Positions 62,134 to 64,000 of a stretch of 64,000 bases of DNA are shown here, in pieces. The position numbers were made by a program, and so were the translations under genes. Source of the DNA: Lepidodermella squamata (taxonomy: Eukaryota > Animalia > Gastrotricha); contig JBLDXI010000003.1 in the NCBI GenBank assembly GCA_047495785.1, forward strand, positions 3,534,001 through 3,598,000, written 5' to 3'. The notes under the pieces were generated by a model. It worked only from the letters and a program-made list of their open reading frames with translations, was not told the origin of the DNA and searched no databases. Every line of letters begins with the position of its first letter. Positions within the stretch are counted from its first letter, which is position 1.

Positions 62134-63688
62134 ATGGCGAAATCAGTAAAAGTATTGAGTTAAATAAATCACCGGCATGCGTTCGCTACCCACATGGAAT
62201 CGATGTTAACTCGAAGCATCAACTGTGACGTGGCTTTTGCTGTCCAGGGCCAAGTCATTCAGGCCCATCGTTTGATCCTGGCTAGTCAATCGCCTGTATT
62301 CCAGCTGATGTTGATGAATGAAAATTTCTGCGAAGCACGATCGACGATCAACAATCCCATCAACTTACCTGGCAAGACAGCTCCAGCTTTTAAAGCCTTC
62401 CTGTACTATTTTTACACTGGATGTGTTTCCTTCGACAATCTGTCACCAGCAGAGAGCGTTGAAATTCTAAAGATAGCCCACGAATATCAAATGGACGCTT
62501 TGGTAGCCGAGTTGATTGACGCTTTCTCGGTTTGAATCCCATTCCAACTTTAGAAGGAAATGTTTTCGCATTTTTTTTTAGGAAAATGTGTGCCGTGAAT
62601 TGTTTTACGACCTTTTATTGGCAGCATTGTTCTTGGGCGAGGCTAAACTTCTGAAGGCATGCACAGCCGTTGCTTGTACGAACGCTTCGAAAATCCTGAA
62701 AGACCGCAACTTCAAACGATTATCTGAACAAGCCCTAATCTATCTATTCGATTTGGATGACCTTGGGGTGTCGGAACTGGAAGTTTTGATGGCAGTGAAA
62801 TATTGGCACGAAGCCAATCCTAAGGTCAATCTGTCGAAAATCATAGAAAAGGTTCGGCTGGAATTCGTCGTTATTCCTCCTAATGGAATTTCTTTCGCCG
62901 AAATGGGCGCCCTATACAAAATGCTCGGCGACTATGGAATTGATTTCAGCACGTTGGGAAAGGCACCGAGTCAAGCCAATGGCAGGAAACCTCGAACCCT
63001 AGCATTAGCCAAAAGCAATATGGCAACTGTGGAAAAAGGCGCAACCGTTATCAGCAATGATTTCCAAGACGCTATTTCTATACTGTTGAAACCAAACCCG
63101 GCTGATGCAAGTAATTATCCCCGGCACTATCTGTATGATTACGCTCCACCGGTTAGTTGGATGATCAAATCGAACGGGTCGATTACTGTTCAACTAGCTG
63201 AACCTTACGCTGTCGATTCGCTGCGATTCACACTTATTGGCAACGATGGGTTTGGCGAACCTGAATATAAGATTGAAACTTCGCTTGATGGTAAAGTATG
63301 GATGAGAATGGGTTACAGCCTGCCAACGCAACGAAGCGGACGTCAGCTGGTCGTTTTCAAACCTCGAAATGTCAAGTTAGGTAAATGTCAAATTAGCCTC
63401 AAATTTAGAGCTGGAACCCTAAATCTAGGGTTCTACCAGCCTCACCCATTTTATTTGGATCATTGCCTAACATTTTTCGTATTATATCACACAGTCAGAA
63501 TCGCGATTTTCTTCGACGTGAATCATGGTAACGTATGGCTATCCGAATTTGAATGTCCAGCGGCGATCCGAAACAAGCAGCTGGTCGAAAACTGTCTAAG
63601 AATGGCTCCTGACGCTGCATTCCGGCTCGAAGAAGATGATGCTAATAAAGCATTCGAAAGACTTCTCCCTGATAGATCCAGTCATTAA
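62134..63688 (+). pseudogene. BTBD9-like paralog 4 with premature TAA at codon 10 (or N-truncated from ATG 62194)
   Basis: ATG GCG AAA TCA GTA AAA GTA TTG AGT TAA ATA AAT CAC CGG: TAA at 62161-62163 where paralog 3 has GCG. The rest is intact with introns ~62530-62581 and ~63381-63494. Confidence 0.65.
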
Positions 63689-64000
63689 TGGTTCAAAAAA
63701 AGAGATGTTTAAAACTACTAACCTTATTCAAACTTGGTGTTATTCAGTGAATAAAATTGATAAGACTGAATTTTCGAAAATTTTATTTTATTGAAAGACA
63801 CGATTTTTGCAAGAGTGGCGCCTTTTTTGGGACTCGAGTCGCTGATACCTTTTAGAAAATCAAGTGGGCTATCAGTTTTGTCGACTCGTTTTAAAAAGTT
63901 TTCCATTTCCCAGGGTACAGTGTGATTCAGAAAGGGCGCCCGAGCGCATCATAAACAGGCACGTGTTTGACACGGCCGTAGAAAAAATTGGATCGGATTC

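Noticed and set aside
63915-64000. TACAGTGTGATTCAG resembling a Tc1/mariner TIR start
   Set aside because: Partner end lies outside the window; unverifiable.

Overview
Eukaryotic DNA from a compact-genome metazoan invertebrate (AT-rich GT-AG introns mostly 45-65 nt, many TTTCAG/TTTTAG acceptors); I cannot name the species. The left ~49 kb is a dense cluster of secreted and cell-surface protein genes. (1) Six signal-peptide genes for strongly basic, nearly Cys-free low-complexity proteins share gene architecture, peptide motifs, Tyr tails and promoter motifs, and are a candidate co-regulated extracellular material (glue/fibre/cocoon) system. (2) A LamG/pentraxin-like + EGF repeat family includes a >2,400-aa member. 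(3) Two VWA5A-like (VIT-VWA) genes carry signal peptides. (4) A C-type lectin-like gene is cut by the left edge. (5) A manual 18-exon, fully in-frame model joins two L-type-lectin-like domains and a micro-exon-built Ser/Thr stalk to an intronless Cys-loop ion channel. Also present: an intact Crypton-type tyrosine-recombinase element, a foldback with paired tRNA-like Pol III promoters, several MITE-like elements, a compact cdc25, two membrane-protein genes and four tandem BTB-BACK-discoidin (BTBD9-like) paralogs, two with lesions. All gene models are manual splice reconstructions and no database search was run.
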